A DNA stretch of 63,109 nt, the filler included, from Rhabdomonas costata (taxonomy: Eukaryota): assembly GCA_019059605.1 (NCBI GenBank). It is 39 parts of 39 records of this genome, joined end to end, with 100 filler letters (N's around TTAATTAATTAA, not from the genome) between each part and the next. Parts side by side here need not be neighbours in the genome. Positions count along the whole stretch, not along the records: positions 50,246 to 51,766 come from JAHMHO010013932.1; positions 51,867 to 53,387 come from JAHMHO010013933.1; positions 53,488 to 55,008 come from JAHMHO010013934.1; positions 55,109 to 56,628 come from JAHMHO010013935.1; positions 56,729 to 58,248 come from JAHMHO010013936.1; positions 58,349 to 59,868 come from JAHMHO010013937.1; positions 59,969 to 61,489 come from JAHMHO010013938.1; positions 61,590 to 63,109 come from JAHMHO010013939.1; 31 more parts are not named here. One strand, written 5' to 3'. A program made the translations under genes and the position numbers. Position 1 is the first letter of the stretch, and each line of letters begins with the position of its first letter. The notes beneath the pieces were generated by a model, which did not search any database, had not been told where the DNA came from, and was given only the letters and a program-made list of their open reading frames with translations. Positions 50,832-63,109 of the stretch are shown here, piece after piece.

Positions 50832-52045
50832 TGCAAGCCCTAAACGTGCACCATTAACGGAGCATTCAACGTTTCTTGTATTTATTCTTCGATTCCAACC
50901 GAGCCCATGAAAATGGGAGGAAATCCCCCTTGCAGGAAGGAGAAATAAAAACCAACGGTACAACACGATATTCTCGAAGACCGAAAAGGGAAAAATCACA
51001 GGAGAATCCTACCAGGTGCAGTGGCATGGGGTCGGCCGGCTTAAAGGCACAAGGAAAGCTAACCCTCGATACACCCCGAAATCGAGAACTTAGTCCGTAA
51101 CGCTTCGAACTGAAGTCTTTTTGGCGTGTTTTTATGCCGCTAGGCTTCGGTGGCATATGCTGTTTCTTGGCGAATTCGCAAGGTTGTAAACTCTCGATTA
51201 TACGGTGTAGCCTAAAAGGGTGACGAGAGATCCCCGAGGGGCAACCTGAGCAACCTGACCAACCTGAGCATGCGTAAAACCCAGCAAGTAGCAGGTGATG
51301 ACATATTCACGTGGGTGTGAATCTGGGAACCAACAACCCCCCGGGAGCCATTTCAGACCCAAACGTTTCAGCCTCACGGTCGTTAATCAGCGTTTCCCCC
51401 GTTTTGATGCCTAACTTGGTTGATTCCGTGCTGAAAGGTTCCTTCGTTTCAGTGCCGCCGAAGCTGCTCGCCCGACTCACCTCACCATCTTAAAGCGCAG
51501 GACTTTCCCACCCACAGAGTCACAATTGTGGAGGCTGTGGATGAGCTTTCCTCAAAAAGCGTCCCCTAACATCCTTCGTTGTAGCCCCCTCAAGCGACAA
51601 GGGAAATACCGCAGACCAATATTCTGTCGAACAGTTGAATGAGGAAACGCTCGAAGGTGAGCCAGAACCATATTTAAGGGCATCCTTTTTACTTTAGTTG
51701 CGGAAGTTCAAAGGGCGGGAGAGGTAGGGTCTCGAGAAGGAAAGGTCTCGAGACCCCACCCCCCCCNNNNNNNNNNNNNNNNNNNNNNNNNNNNNNNNNN
51801 NNNNNNNNNNTTAATTAATTAANNNNNNNNNNNNNNNNNNNNNNNNNNNNNNNNNNNNNNNNNNNNGACAAGTTCAGACATTAAGCACAAAACCGCGCGG
51901 CTTCAATCTTGTTGTGGGAACCAAAACCTATCTACACTTTAGAGGTTTCGGGTACCAAAATACTATATACTTTGGCATCTTGATGAGATTCGGGCATGGA
52001 GCTAATATGCAACTTAAGACGACCAAAGAGGAAAAGGGGAAAAAA

Positions 52046-53110
52046 ATGAAGGATATTTTTATCAGTGGTCTGCATAAACAGATATACTAAGGAAATAAAC
52101 TAAGAAAATAATAAAAATTTATAATATGAGTAATACAAATATTCTCAACATAATATACAATGAATTTTTCAAACGACTATAAGATGAAAATTGCCACGTG
52201 GGAAAAGAAGCTGCCAGAAATTGTAAAAGACGACAATTATAAATGGATAGTAAAGAATCATAAGAAAACTTATTCATAATAATTGTAATACATTTACATG
52301 TATTATGAATACACACATGATGAACACATTACGTGTATGAATATATAACAACACATCATGAGAACAAAAACACGTTAAAAGGGCGCATATCAGTGTTTTC
52401 TGGAATTCTGAGAGAATTAGATACACTGAAGAATTGAAATATTCAAAAATAGCTACCGATCTTAATTGAGAGTTACAGGCCGAAAGAAAACAAAATTTTG
52501 TTTCCTCTGACCGAAAGCAAGAAACAAGAATTGTTTCCACAGAGGAAACAAAAATTTGTTTTCTTTCAAGATGTTGTGAAACGTCGTGAAGACTTATTCG
52601 AACACGATCAACTAGCAATAATTTGAGCTGGGTTTTACTGAGTTTTTACACAATGCAACCACCAATAAGAATGGAGTACAAAAACATGAAAGCTGTCACC
52701 GCACTTCCCAAAAAACTAAACAGAATTCTCTGCTGCGTAACAAATAAATACGAAGTAGTTATTCGAGACGACAAAGTTGTTAAGAGCCATGGACCAGATC
52801 AATTTGAGTTATCTGATGAATAGAACAAAGTAATAAATGAAGCATTGCAAGCGTTTTCAAGAAAATATCTATTATCTGCTCAACGTAATAGGAGTACCCA
52901 ATAAATGAAAAGGGCCTGAATCTTTATTGAAACAGTGCTTCAGCCCCCAAAAAGTATCCGTTAATCCGTTAATATTCTGATATCTAGTTATATTACGAAT
53001 TCCTATTCTGATCCAAGGATGACATTAAAAATGAAAAATGAACTGGCGCGAAAGATGCGACACTGTGCGACGATAGCTCAACGTGAATACCCAAAAATTG
53101 ATGTATCGAA
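52046..53110 (+). pseudogene. Decayed tyrosine recombinase/integrase of Polinton-like virus/virophage type
   Basis: AT-rich; across stops and frameshifts it reads LLSFYTMQPPIRMEYKNM (catalytic R), IRDDKVVKSHG (K), VSVNILISSYIT (LRxSYIT with R>I, interrupted by an 8-bp duplication TCCGTTAA), ELARKMRH (H) and REYPK (Y). Confidence 0.7.
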
Positions 53111-53488
53111 CGCTGCTCATCCTGATAATTTAGTATAACTTCACGCATGCAACCGCAACAAGAAGTTACACCCCAATTGTTATTGAACCCAGGGAGTATT
53201 TCTTGCTCTCACGTTATAGTTGTAACACTCCACCCAGTGTCGCAAGGGCTGGGGTTATGACCATTATGCCTATTTCGAAAGCATACATGCTTTCTAAAAT
53301 TTGGCATAATGTTCATAATGGTTGTGGACCGTTATTAGAACTTTCCTGGATCATTCCCAGAACATTCCTAGATCGTTCCCACCCCACNNNNNNNNNNNNN
53401 NNNNNNNNNNNNNNNNNNNNNNNNNNNNNNNTTAATTAATTAANNNNNNNNNNNNNNNNNNNNNNNNNNNNNNNNNNNNNNNNNNNNT

Positions 53489-55008
53489 TTGTTTTTTGCA
53501 GAAAATCTGGAGCGTGTGACCCAATGTGAGACTCCCCCCTGCAACGCGGGCAAGTCACCCGTGCTCGACCTCTCGGGCCAACGCCAGGAGCGTTCGCCCA
53601 AATGCGCTGATGACGAAAACACAGCCCTTCCACTGGTGGCATTACATCAAGGACTGCGAAGTACGTGCGACACCGATACCGATGAGAGTTCCTTTCAGGC
53701 AAATTCCATTGTCACCTTGAATGTGTTGTCGACTGTTTCCGGAAGTGATGCGTTGCATTGCGTGGGTATTGCCACAGGGAGTCCTTCCTCTTCTTCTCGC
53801 ACTCTCCAGGTGCCGGCCTCCCTACGACCAAGCGCCGCTGTCGACGCCACGGCTGGGGCGTCTGATGTGAGCAGTGCTATCGCGGCGGTGATGTTGCCAG
53901 CGGAGCGCGTCTCCCCTGGGACGAGTGATTTCGATCTCTCGCTCGACGTGAGAGTTCCTGATACTTTATCGGGTAACCCTCTGAGTAGTTCCCTGGAACT
54001 TTCTAGCGCCTCCCTAGTTCCTGTTTCCGTGGTATATGCTCCCCTGGGGTCTGGCCTGGAAAACAGGTACTGCTTTTCCGACAGCGGAATGTCCCCGGTA
54101 GATCCTAGCCCTCCGTCGGTGGCTTCTTCCACCACTTTATGCAGCTCGTCTGGTGTTAAAGTCACGCAAAAAACTCAGGAGAAGCAGCTGCAGAGGAGCG
54201 AATGTGAAGCACTGTGCCAGCTTGATCGTCGACCCCAAGGCCAAGGCCCCGTGTTCTGTCCTTGTGACAGGAGCACGAAGATTTCAAAAGGTGATACGGG
54301 AGGGTCCATTCCCGACAGTGGTTGTATTTCTGAGCTCGACAAGATTGCAATGCAGATGGAAGCTCTGCTTGCTCGTGTCTCCGCCATTCGTATTCCAGAG
54401 ACCCCCAGTCCCATAACTGTGGAGCATTCCTCTTCTCCGGAAATGGGAAGGTCCCCCGTCGTGAGAGGGGCTCGCCCCTTTGTTGCCTCCGATTGCTCTT
54501 GTGAAGATAAAGCCGTGCCGGTCTCATCTTTTTTCGAGGTGGTTGCTTCAGATCAGCGGTGGAAGGAGGCCAAGCAATCGGTGGACTCTTGCGAAAATTC
54601 TCCATTGTCTTTCAGTGGCCAGTTCGGACCCTTACCTCGGCAGAACTCTCCAGTTCCTCATCCACGTGGCTCTGTTCCATACTCCCCCAGCAGGGCCCAG
54701 CCGTCGCCACATTCCGACAAGCCTGCATTGGTTCAAAGGACCCATCAGGTCCCGGTGAACTCTTTTGAGAACCTGTTCTACAGAGAGTCGTTCGTCGCTG
54801 AGATCATTCCCAACTCCTTCCGACCAGAGCAAGCCGCTGCCCCATTTGCAGCGCCCAGTTTGTCTGCCAGTGTTGTCTCTGGATATCTTCGCAAGAGATC
54901 CACTTTGACGGCAAAAGGTGGAGCTCTCCCGTGTCAGAAGCCCGCCCTTCAGTGCACGAGCTCTCGGGGCCCCAGAGGTTCCACCACATCATGGATGGCC
55001 CAAACAAA
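53489..55008 (+). CDS. Long Ser/Pro-rich, likely disordered exon of an unknown protein
   Basis: About 505 codons open across the whole contig; no domain recognised. Confidence 0.6.
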
Positions 55009-55935
55009 NNNNNNNNNNNNNNNNNNNNNNNNNNNNNNNNNNNNNNNNNNNNTTAATTAATTAANNNNNNNNNNNNNNNNNNNNNNNNNNNNNNNNNNNN
55101 NNNNNNNNTTGTTGGGTGTGTTGGGGGGTGTGTGGTCTGGTTGCCCGGGGTGTCCGAGAAAATAGCTATCCCGCGCCCGGTGGTGCACCTCCGGATCCCC
55201 CCGGGCTCCTTTCTGATGCTGCGCGCATATCGCCCGCCGCAGCGGCACCATATGGCAATGGGCCCAGTGGGTACCGCAAAATATGGTCTGGTAAAGCCAG
55301 GATTCACGGGGTTGAGCGGCTGTGGTGACGTGTGGGTGTCTCCTTTGCCCTCTGGTCGTCCTACGCAGGCTTGCCGCTCAAGCTAGGGTGCTCACAATAG
55401 GGTGGGGTGGCATCACAAAGCAGGAAGCGGGACTTCCAGCGTCCAAAACGCGGCGCCTTACCGGTCTTATCCAAAATGGCACAATGGAAGACAATGTGGA
55501 AAGTTCTTTTCTGCGAATGAACTGCATTGTTTCAGAGGGCAAAGAAACCAATGCCAAACAAACTTGGGAATTTATTGAGACTCACCACCACTTGTCAACC
55601 ATATCACCAGGTGAGCCCCAGATGCAGCTGCCTCCAAAGGGAACACGGAAGCCCCAATTCCTATTAAGGGCCAGAGGGACATACAAAGGACTCATGCAAT
55701 ACAGCGGGTTCATGCCGCACAACATGGCACACACAAAACATGCACATGAAAACCCTCTCTTGAAAACCCTCTCTTCTGGTTTTCTCCTCCTTTATGTACA
55801 CACGCATGCGTCTGCACATCCTTTGTAGAGAGACAGCATTACGGGGTGCGACAAAGGGGTGGTACCTAGTGTCAACCTTCTGCCTGTGTCCGAATTTCCG
55901 CAGAAGCTCTTTGCGGTTGCCGCCCACTCTTTTCT

Positions 55936-56628
55936 TTATGCCCGTTTAGGCTGCTGCCGCCTCTGCCGCAGCAGCTCCTCCACTGCTACGTGGCCGTTCT
56001 GCCGCGCCCACTCCTCTGCGCTGACCCCGTTGTTGTCTTTTGCCACCGAGTTCGCACCGGAATCTGCCAGCATCGCAGCAATCTCACGGTGCCCTTTCTT
56101 CGCAGCGGCGATCAGAGGAGTGGTTCCCAGGTCCGTTGCTATGTTGACCTCGGCCTGGCTGTGGAGCAATGACTCCACGATTTCGAGATGGCCATTCTGA
56201 CAGGCCATGAACAGAGCAGTGACCCCAATCACCGACGCGCGGTTAACGTCGGCCTGGTTGTGCAGCAGCAGCTCCACGGTGTTGCGGTGGCCATTGTCGC
56301 AGGCTATATACAGAGGCGTGCAATTTCTCTTCGTCGAGAGGTTGATGTCGGCCTGGCTTTTCAGCAGCAGCTCCGCCGTGTCACGGTGACCCTCCTGGCA
56401 AGCGATGAAAAGAGGCGTGTGCCCGTTGTTGGCCCCCAGGTTAACGTCGGCCTGGCTGTGCAGCAGCAGCTCCGCGGTGTCGCGGTGACCATTCTGGCAG
56501 GCAATGAAAAGGGGCGTGTATCCATCCTTCTGCGCACGATGCAAGTTTGCCTGATGGAAGCAAAGCTCAGCCGCGGCCGCGGTGTGTCCGTACCGCGCTG
56601 CGAGGTACAGCGGAGAGCACCCCCCCCA
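55936..56628 (-). CDS. Ankyrin-repeat protein, C-terminal part (about 7 repeats), intronless here
   Basis: Repeated GxTPLFIACQNGHRDTAELLLHSQADVN units; the frame is open from the contig edge to the stop at 55936. Confidence 0.95.
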   Translation of the reverse strand, partial: WGGCSPLYLAARYGHTAAAAELCFHQANLHRAQKDGYTPLFIACQNGHRDTAELLLHSQADVNLGANNGHTPLFIACQEGHRDTAELLLKSQADINLSTKRNCTPLYIACDNGHRNTVELLLHNQADVNRASVIGVTALFMACQNGHLEIVESLLHSQAEVNIATDLGTTPLIAAAKKGHREIAAMLADSGANSVAKDNNGVSAEEWARQNGHVAVEELLRQRRQQPKRA

Positions 56629-56959
56629 NNNNNNNNNNNNNNNNNNNNNNNNNNNNNNNNNNNNNNNNNNNNTTAATTAATTAANNNNNNNNNNNNNNNN
56701 NNNNNNNNNNNNNNNNNNNNNNNNNNNNTTTTTTTTTGCATCTACCTATTCCAATTAATTTGCGTTATCAGACATATACTTCCTGGGGTGATGTATAATT
56801 TTCACTGCTGTACCTGCAGAAATGATTTGCATATTTCTGATTTACGCATCTTCTAGTACCGGAGAGCTAGCCCCAACGTATAGCATACCTTGCATTGGCA
56901 TGCGAAACGAAAGATTGCTTTCCTCCATAATCTCTCCTGTGTTTCGTATCGCTTCGTTA

Positions 56960-57369
56960 ACGCTCTCCGCTCGCTTTACAGGCTCTACTGTGCAGAGTCT
57001 GAGCAGAGCCACTTTTCTCTTCCATTGGAACGGTTCTGCGAGTCACTGGTACGTGAGAGTTCCGCTCGGCTTTCCGGGATCCGGTCTGCGCAACCGTCCC
57101 AGGAGTCTCTCGTGGTTTGTGTCTCGGCAAGGGGTGTGGCTGCTGCGGTGGCCGCCCGTTATCCTACTTTAAGTTTCGTGGTGTGCTGCACGGACGAGGC
57201 TGAGTCTCGTAATCCCGAGCGGATACTGACTTCTGAAAGATGGGATGGCGCTGTTGCAGAGTTCTTGCGTGCCCGGCAGCAGCAGCAGTCGCAGACGCAG
57301 ACGCAGCTACCGCTTTCAGGCTCCTCCAGCGAGAACCTTCTCACACTTCCATGTCACTTGGACCTTAAG
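56960..57369 (+). CDS. Probable exon of an unknown protein
   Basis: Open, protein-like frame ending at AAG|GTTTG; no family recognised. Confidence 0.35.
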
Positions 57370-60122
57370 GTTTGCTTCAGATCCAGTGCCCCTCAACTTG
57401 TAGGATGTTATAAAGGAGTTTCATATGCAAAATTGTTGTGATTTGTCGCACTCCCCATTGTAATTCTGGTGCTGCGGAAATCTGTTGCAGTCACTGGCGT
57501 GGACAGATACAGCAGGATGCAGTTGTTGACGAAGTGATGTCAATGTGAGTAGAATGAAGTCAGATTTTCAATTTATTCGCATCAAAGGGCACACCGAAAC
57601 ATACTTCAGGCGGAAAAAGGACGATAAATTTTCTATTGATTTTCATTGCATTTTCTGAAACGTTTATGCGTGCGGGCAGTTTGACGTAGCCGTGGCGGCG
57701 GTGAAGAGGGTTTGGCCCCCTTCGGGTGCCTGCAGGCTGGCTTTTGACGGGAGGGCAGGCGCTCCGCAGTGGAGCAAGAGCCTGTTCACTCGGCTGTGCT
57801 ACGACGTTGTGCAGCCCCACTCGTCTCTGCTGGTCTGTGATTGTAGCTCCTTCTCGGCCCCGCTCCACCCCCTCTCCCTGTACCGTGTGGACGGGTATCA
57901 GCACTCTCCGATTGTCCATCTACTGCTAAAGCGTTTGTAGAATCACCAACGGTCCCTTCAGCAGCCCTTGAGTTTATCTGAAATAATACAGCGTTCTTAG
58001 TCGAAATGCATACGATGCCTTAAAAAAAATAGAGAAACTTCCTGCCTTCTCTCTCTGTTATATACCTGTCGATACAACCGCGCCCAAAAATGATCAGAGC
58101 ATGCCATGTTCGAAGTCAGGGAATTGCTTTAGCCGAGCGTATTTCTTTCCCGCGGGCATTTCATTTGGCTTCGCACCGCTGTGGCAGGTTCTGAGATACG
58201 CTCAACCACCGTCGGGTGGACTGAGCGGCGCCTCTGAGAAGCCATGGGNNNNNNNNNNNNNNNNNNNNNNNNNNNNNNNNNNNNNNNNNNNNTTAATTAA
58301 TTAANNNNNNNNNNNNNNNNNNNNNNNNNNNNNNNNNNNNNNNNNNNNTTGAGGCATTTCCCAGGACTAGCCGTTGGAGGGCAGCTGGTGGTCTCAGGAG
58401 CAGTGGTGGTGCTATCGGAGCCCCTCAACCCCTACTTCCTCTCAACCTCTCTAAATCCTTTCCATGGGTTCGGTTGCGCAATTGCCACAGGTCTTAGCTG
58501 GAAGGAGGGAGTGGGTCTGGGGCATGCAACAGGGCGTCTTCCGCGCGTCTTTTTGGCACCCTTTGTTACGGGGCGGGCAAAAGGGCGGCCAAAGAACCCC
58601 AAGAAGGCGTCGAAACGCATGTGGGCCGAGCAGCGGTGCGTGGTGGATCTGCGCGGACGCAAGAACCTGGGTGGAAGAATTGTCTCGGCATGATTCCGGG
58701 GCGGGGAAGGGAACGGAGGGAGAAGCAGGAATGATTTAAAACAACCCGGTATGTTTTACGCGGTCCCAAAGCCTCGGTCTTACGTCCCCGGCGTTGTGTG
58801 GGGATCCGCTGGGACACCTACCGTAATAGGCCTGACAACGGGGGTCCTGCGCCCGGTCCGGCGTGGCATATAGGAGGTCCCCACCAAACGTTCTTCCGGC
58901 CGCTCTGGCATCCCTCTGTTACGGACACTCCGGGCGAGGTTGGCCCATGTCAACAACGCTTCCGTTTTAGCCAAAATTCCCACCTAGCGGGCGATTCCCG
59001 CGCAAACAAGCGCCAACGACCCACCATATTCGGAGGGGTCGCCCGCAACCTCCGGCCTAGGGATGAAGGCGAAATACCGAGAAAGTTGTGGACACGTTTG
59101 TTCTGTTCTGCTTTGCTTCATCCTTCATCCTTCATTCCAGGCGCAAATAGTTTGACGAGTGTAACCGGCAGGCCCGGTTTAAAGGAGATAGACATTTGGT
59201 GCGACATCTTGCAGTCCTTTGTATGCGGGGTTTTGGCTTCTTCCATGGCATCGTGCTTTGTGATCTGTTTCGGGTGGTTAGCGCGCCTGGGCTTGGTTTT
59301 TGCGTATGAGCTTGTTCGCTCTGTTCGTGTTTGCGTGTTCTGTGTGCCATTTCCCTTACTTTGTGCCCAGATGCGTCCCTTCTATTACTGCTTTTCGATC
59401 TAGAACGTTTTCGACTGCGGGAGGCTTGTGGAACTTTGCGCCCAGAGATGGGATGCGGCCCTTTGGCGCTTTGACGCGGACAATATTGTCAGCTTGCCCA
59501 CCTGCTTACCAACGATTGTCTCTCCTCAGGTTTACCACAACGTCTGTGAAAAACGCTTTGAAGCGGTTACTTTTGGCATACGTGTCAAGTGCCCACGAGA
59601 GATTTTCAGGTGACGTACCAATGCGATTGAAAATACACACAGTAAGCCAGGGGCTTACACAAACATTCACATATGGACGTTACCACCACAGGTAGGCATT
59701 TCGGATACCTAGCCTACTGGATCTGATCCAGACTCACTGTCAGAGCGATTGCGCTTGAGCACCGCGCTAGGCCCTGCAACACCAAAAAAACGAAGAAGTG
59801 AATAAAATCAGGACGCATGCGGAAGGGTGCCGTGTGCCCAAAGACCGTTGAAAGTGGAAAAAAAAACANNNNNNNNNNNNNNNNNNNNNNNNNNNNNNNN
59901 NNNNNNNNNNNNTTAATTAATTAANNNNNNNNNNNNNNNNNNNNNNNNNNNNNNNNNNNNNNNNNNNNGGTTTTGGGGAGTAGGCAGCTTCTTTTGCGTT
60001 TTCTTTGTATTTTTCTGTGGCTGGGCAGTGGTATTTGTGTAGGGGTTTGTCTTGGGTTATGAGATATGGGCGAAAGGGGTATGTGTCTTGTCAACCCTTC
60101 CCCATCACTTCTGCCTCCTCAG

Positions 60123-60707
60123 AAATAGTCTCGGCGACCAGGAACCACATCCAGATGGGCTTACTTAACCTGGACCAAGCCGTGCAAGACAAGATCATGG
60201 ACACCCACAAGGCCTGAGTCACAACCCCCCCTCTCTCTTGCGCTCTTCTGGCTCGGAGCTGAGCTGCTGCGTCTTCTTTGGACATCTTGATGCTCCTCGG
60301 TTTCCTGTTCGGAAGGCAGTGTGACTGCGCATGTGGCTGCGCATCCGTGGCATATCTGCAATGAAAGTACTTACCAGGCACCTTGTTTTTGGCCCCTCCC
60401 CCCCAGGCACCTGGAAAGTTTTCATTAAGCCCGGAAAGGTCAAGGAAACAAACTCAGCTGCTGTGGTGGTTCAATTTTCGGCTCTTGATTAATTGTTCAA
60501 CTCCACAAATGCTTTAGTGCACAATCCTTTTGGTTTGCCTTTTCGGGGTGCTGCGGGACAATAAAAATGTTTTCTGCCCAGCGGTACCACGAGCACTTCC
60601 GGCACCTGTACCTCACTCTGGGCGAGCTGGCCTACCGCAAGGAGCAGGGTATGGGGGAGCTCGAGCGCAAGATCGAGAATGCCAAGATCCAGCAGGAGCT
60701 GCTGATG
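60123..60707 (+). CDS. Paraflagellar rod (PFR)-family protein, divergent; exons 60123-60211 and 60582-60707
   Basis: ..DKIMDTHK|RYHEHFRHLYLTLGELAYRKEQGMGELERKIENAKIQQELLM matches the PFR motif VHxEYLxxFRxLYxTLGxLxYKKE..EIDRNI...IQLE. Confidence 0.75.
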
Positions 60708-63109
60708 GTGTGTGTACCCGCCTCCTCCGCTGCCGTCCCTTCTTCCCTGCACCCCTTACCTGAAAACTCACACTCACACTCACACATACGCATGCAACCA
60801 TACGAACTCTCGCATGAATCTATCTCCAGTAATGGTGCCAAATGGTGTGATATCGGTAGGCCGCTGGGGCCTTCCGAAACTCATGCCTTGAAATGCAGTG
60901 TTTTTATCTGGTTTTTGTGTGCCGGTTGAATTTTTAGCGGCAGCAGGTGTCCTCCGTGATGGAGGCGTCAGGCATCGTCACGATGCCCAAAAAAAAAAAA
61001 GAGAAGTGACTCCGACCTCCGACGAGTTAACAGTAAACTGACTCAATTGTCTGTTAGTCCAAGAAGAAAATCATAATAATAATAATACCAATACACGACA
61101 CCACACGCACTGAGATACCACCCGCTGCACTGGGAAGACCCTGCTCAGAAAAAACAAAGCAATAAATAAAGTCCACGTTCATGTTCAACCCCACAGAGAG
61201 CTCAGAGATACAAAGTGTTAGAAGAGAGCAGAAAGCAAATCACCCCAAGTTTTGCCTCCCCAGCTCACCGCATTGCCCGTGTCAAAACCACGTAGAGCCT
61301 GTTTCCCAAAAATATGCTCATAATCCCTAACATCATCAAACAAGGTCACGTTTCAACGGAAACCTGCTCCCGACTCTCCGTTCCCTCTCAACAGGGACCC
61401 TTTTTTCGAGTTGATTTTGCAGGTTTTCTCTGGGCGGGTGTTTCATTATCAGCTTTGGGTGAGTACGAAGGTGATAATGACACACCCACNNNNNNNNNNN
61501 NNNNNNNNNNNNNNNNNNNNNNNNNNNNNNNNNTTAATTAATTAANNNNNNNNNNNNNNNNNNNNNNNNNNNNNNNNNNNNNNNNNNNNTTTTGTTGTGT
61601 AACAAACAACAGGGGAACACGTCACTTTTTGGTGAGGCTGGCGCTCATTGCCATGGATGAGGTTGTGTATTGAGAGGGCACGATCTCAGCCGCCGTCTTC
61701 GCGCTGCGCTGTACCGCCCCCACGGAACAAATGAGAAAAACACGTCGCAGCATGTCTACCATGCATTTTAATGGAGGGGCAAACCCAACATTGAACATGA
61801 GCGTGCGTTATAGTTGCGCCGCTCTGGACAGTTTCAACGCTCCAACGGCTGAGTCTGTCCCCCCCTGTAACGATCGTTCAAAATTTTGTTTGACGAAGTT
61901 AAAATTTAAAAGTCAAAATGTCATTACGATCAGCAAAAAGTTGGTAGTGATGGTCGTCCCAAGAGTTTGACAAACCGCGATCAATGAGCATGCAGGAGCA
62001 CCCAGATCCATGAACTAAATCACCCATACATTCAGAAATTGATTAGGGAATGAATAATGATTGATTAATGAACGAATACCTACCGGGAGAATAATGCAGC
62101 GTTTGCTTCACAAAATGATAGCACCACTGGATGCCTTTGACGTGCGCTTGCCCCTATTTTTAGATAAAAACGGGATTAAACAAGTCCCTTGTGCACAAGC
62201 ATGTGTCGCACAGGTTTCAAGAAATACTGGATACTCAAGTTGATTAGTATTGAATTCATAATTAATGTTTCCAGTAAAATTTGTATATGTCACAGCTTTG
62301 GTGGGGTTGATTTAACGATGACCGTAGAAATGGACCACTTGTAATATATTACCTTTCAAATATTGTTTTGTGCAAAGCTTAGTTATTTGCAATATTGTTT
62401 TGTGTAAAGCTTAGTTATTTGGTTCTGGGTTAACTTGTAATTCTGAATTTTTCGGCTCATCTTTCATATCATTAATTATGTCTTCGAAATCATCATTTCT
62501 TACACCTCCATGTAAAAATTCGCTTGTTATAATATACTTTAGTTCTTTCTTCAAGGATGAGTATTCTGTTATAGATTTTTAATTTACTCTGGATAGCAAA
62601 ACTCTCTGATGACGTGCTGATGAGGTGCCGGCTGATGGCTTCGTTGTGGGTACTCTTTGCGTCGTGGAGCTTTTGAAGTTGGGGGCAGCTCGCCGCTGTG
62701 GTTGCTGCTGCTGCGCCTGCTCTTGTCGATGTGCTTGCAGGGGCCGTTGGGGAGGAGGAAAGCCTGATCTCAGGGCTTCGAGGTAGGAAGGAGGAGACTG
62801 ACAGGAAAGCTGCCGTCCATGCCACAGGCACCATGCAAACAACATGCAGGGACACGCATGGGTGGCTCCACAGGTTACATCAGCTTTTTTAGCCCTTGGT
62901 TTAGTTTTGGAACTGGTTTTTGTTCGTCTACGTTCTCTTCTACTGGTTTAACTAGGTTTTTCTAGGTTTGGCACTAAGTATTTTTTTTTGGTGAACATAA
63001 ACACAACAAGCAAAGGGGGGATCCCGCCCATGGCGGTCTCTATCTTCGCTAGCAAACACTGCAAGAATGCAGGAAACTCCCGAATGAGAACCCGCCCTGT
63101 GCGGTCACA

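Noticed and set aside
58349-59868. ORFs of 100-200 aa in this contig and similar ones (6489-8007, 11348-12868, 29179-30699, 61590-63109)
   Set aside because: No recognisable motifs or consistent exon chains; probably intronic, UTR or unidentifiable exon fragments.

Overview
This window is not one locus. It is 39 unrelated contigs of about 1.52 kb, joined by artificial 100-nt spacers (N44-TTAATTAATTAA-N44), so synteny across spacers is meaningless and X-containing ORF ends are artefacts. G/T-only contig starts, A/C-only ends and terminal fold-back hairpins point to whole-genome amplification. Most contigs are intron-rich nuclear DNA of a euglenozoan, probably a euglenid: there is a euglenozoan-type GAPDH N-terminus, a paraflagellar-rod protein and dense GT-AG introns. 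Spliced fragments I can recognise include a PhzE/TrpE(G)-like synthase, calnexin, adenylate cyclases, FANCD2, a LamG protein, dynein heavy chain, calcineurin A, prohibitin, FKBP, HVA22/REEP, TrhO/TSTD2, glutamine synthetase III, DnaJ, WRAP73, Nup62 and an ankyrin protein, plus decayed LINE and DIRS-like retroelements. Three AT-rich, intronless contigs look viral: a Mimiviridae-like VETF large subunit, a Polinton/adintovirus-like protein-primed PolB, and a decayed PLV/virophage-type tyrosine recombinase. The most interesting signals are (1) a predicted RIIa/Dpy-30 docking-domain-GAPDH fusion, (2) the giant-virus plus Polinton/PLV signatures in a euglenozoan assembly, (3) an antisense gene interleaved with GSIII, (4) GC-AG introns and one apparent GA-AG intron, and (5) two candidate clusters of single-hairpin AGA-box snoRNAs. 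All family assignments come from motif recognition by eye; no searches were run.
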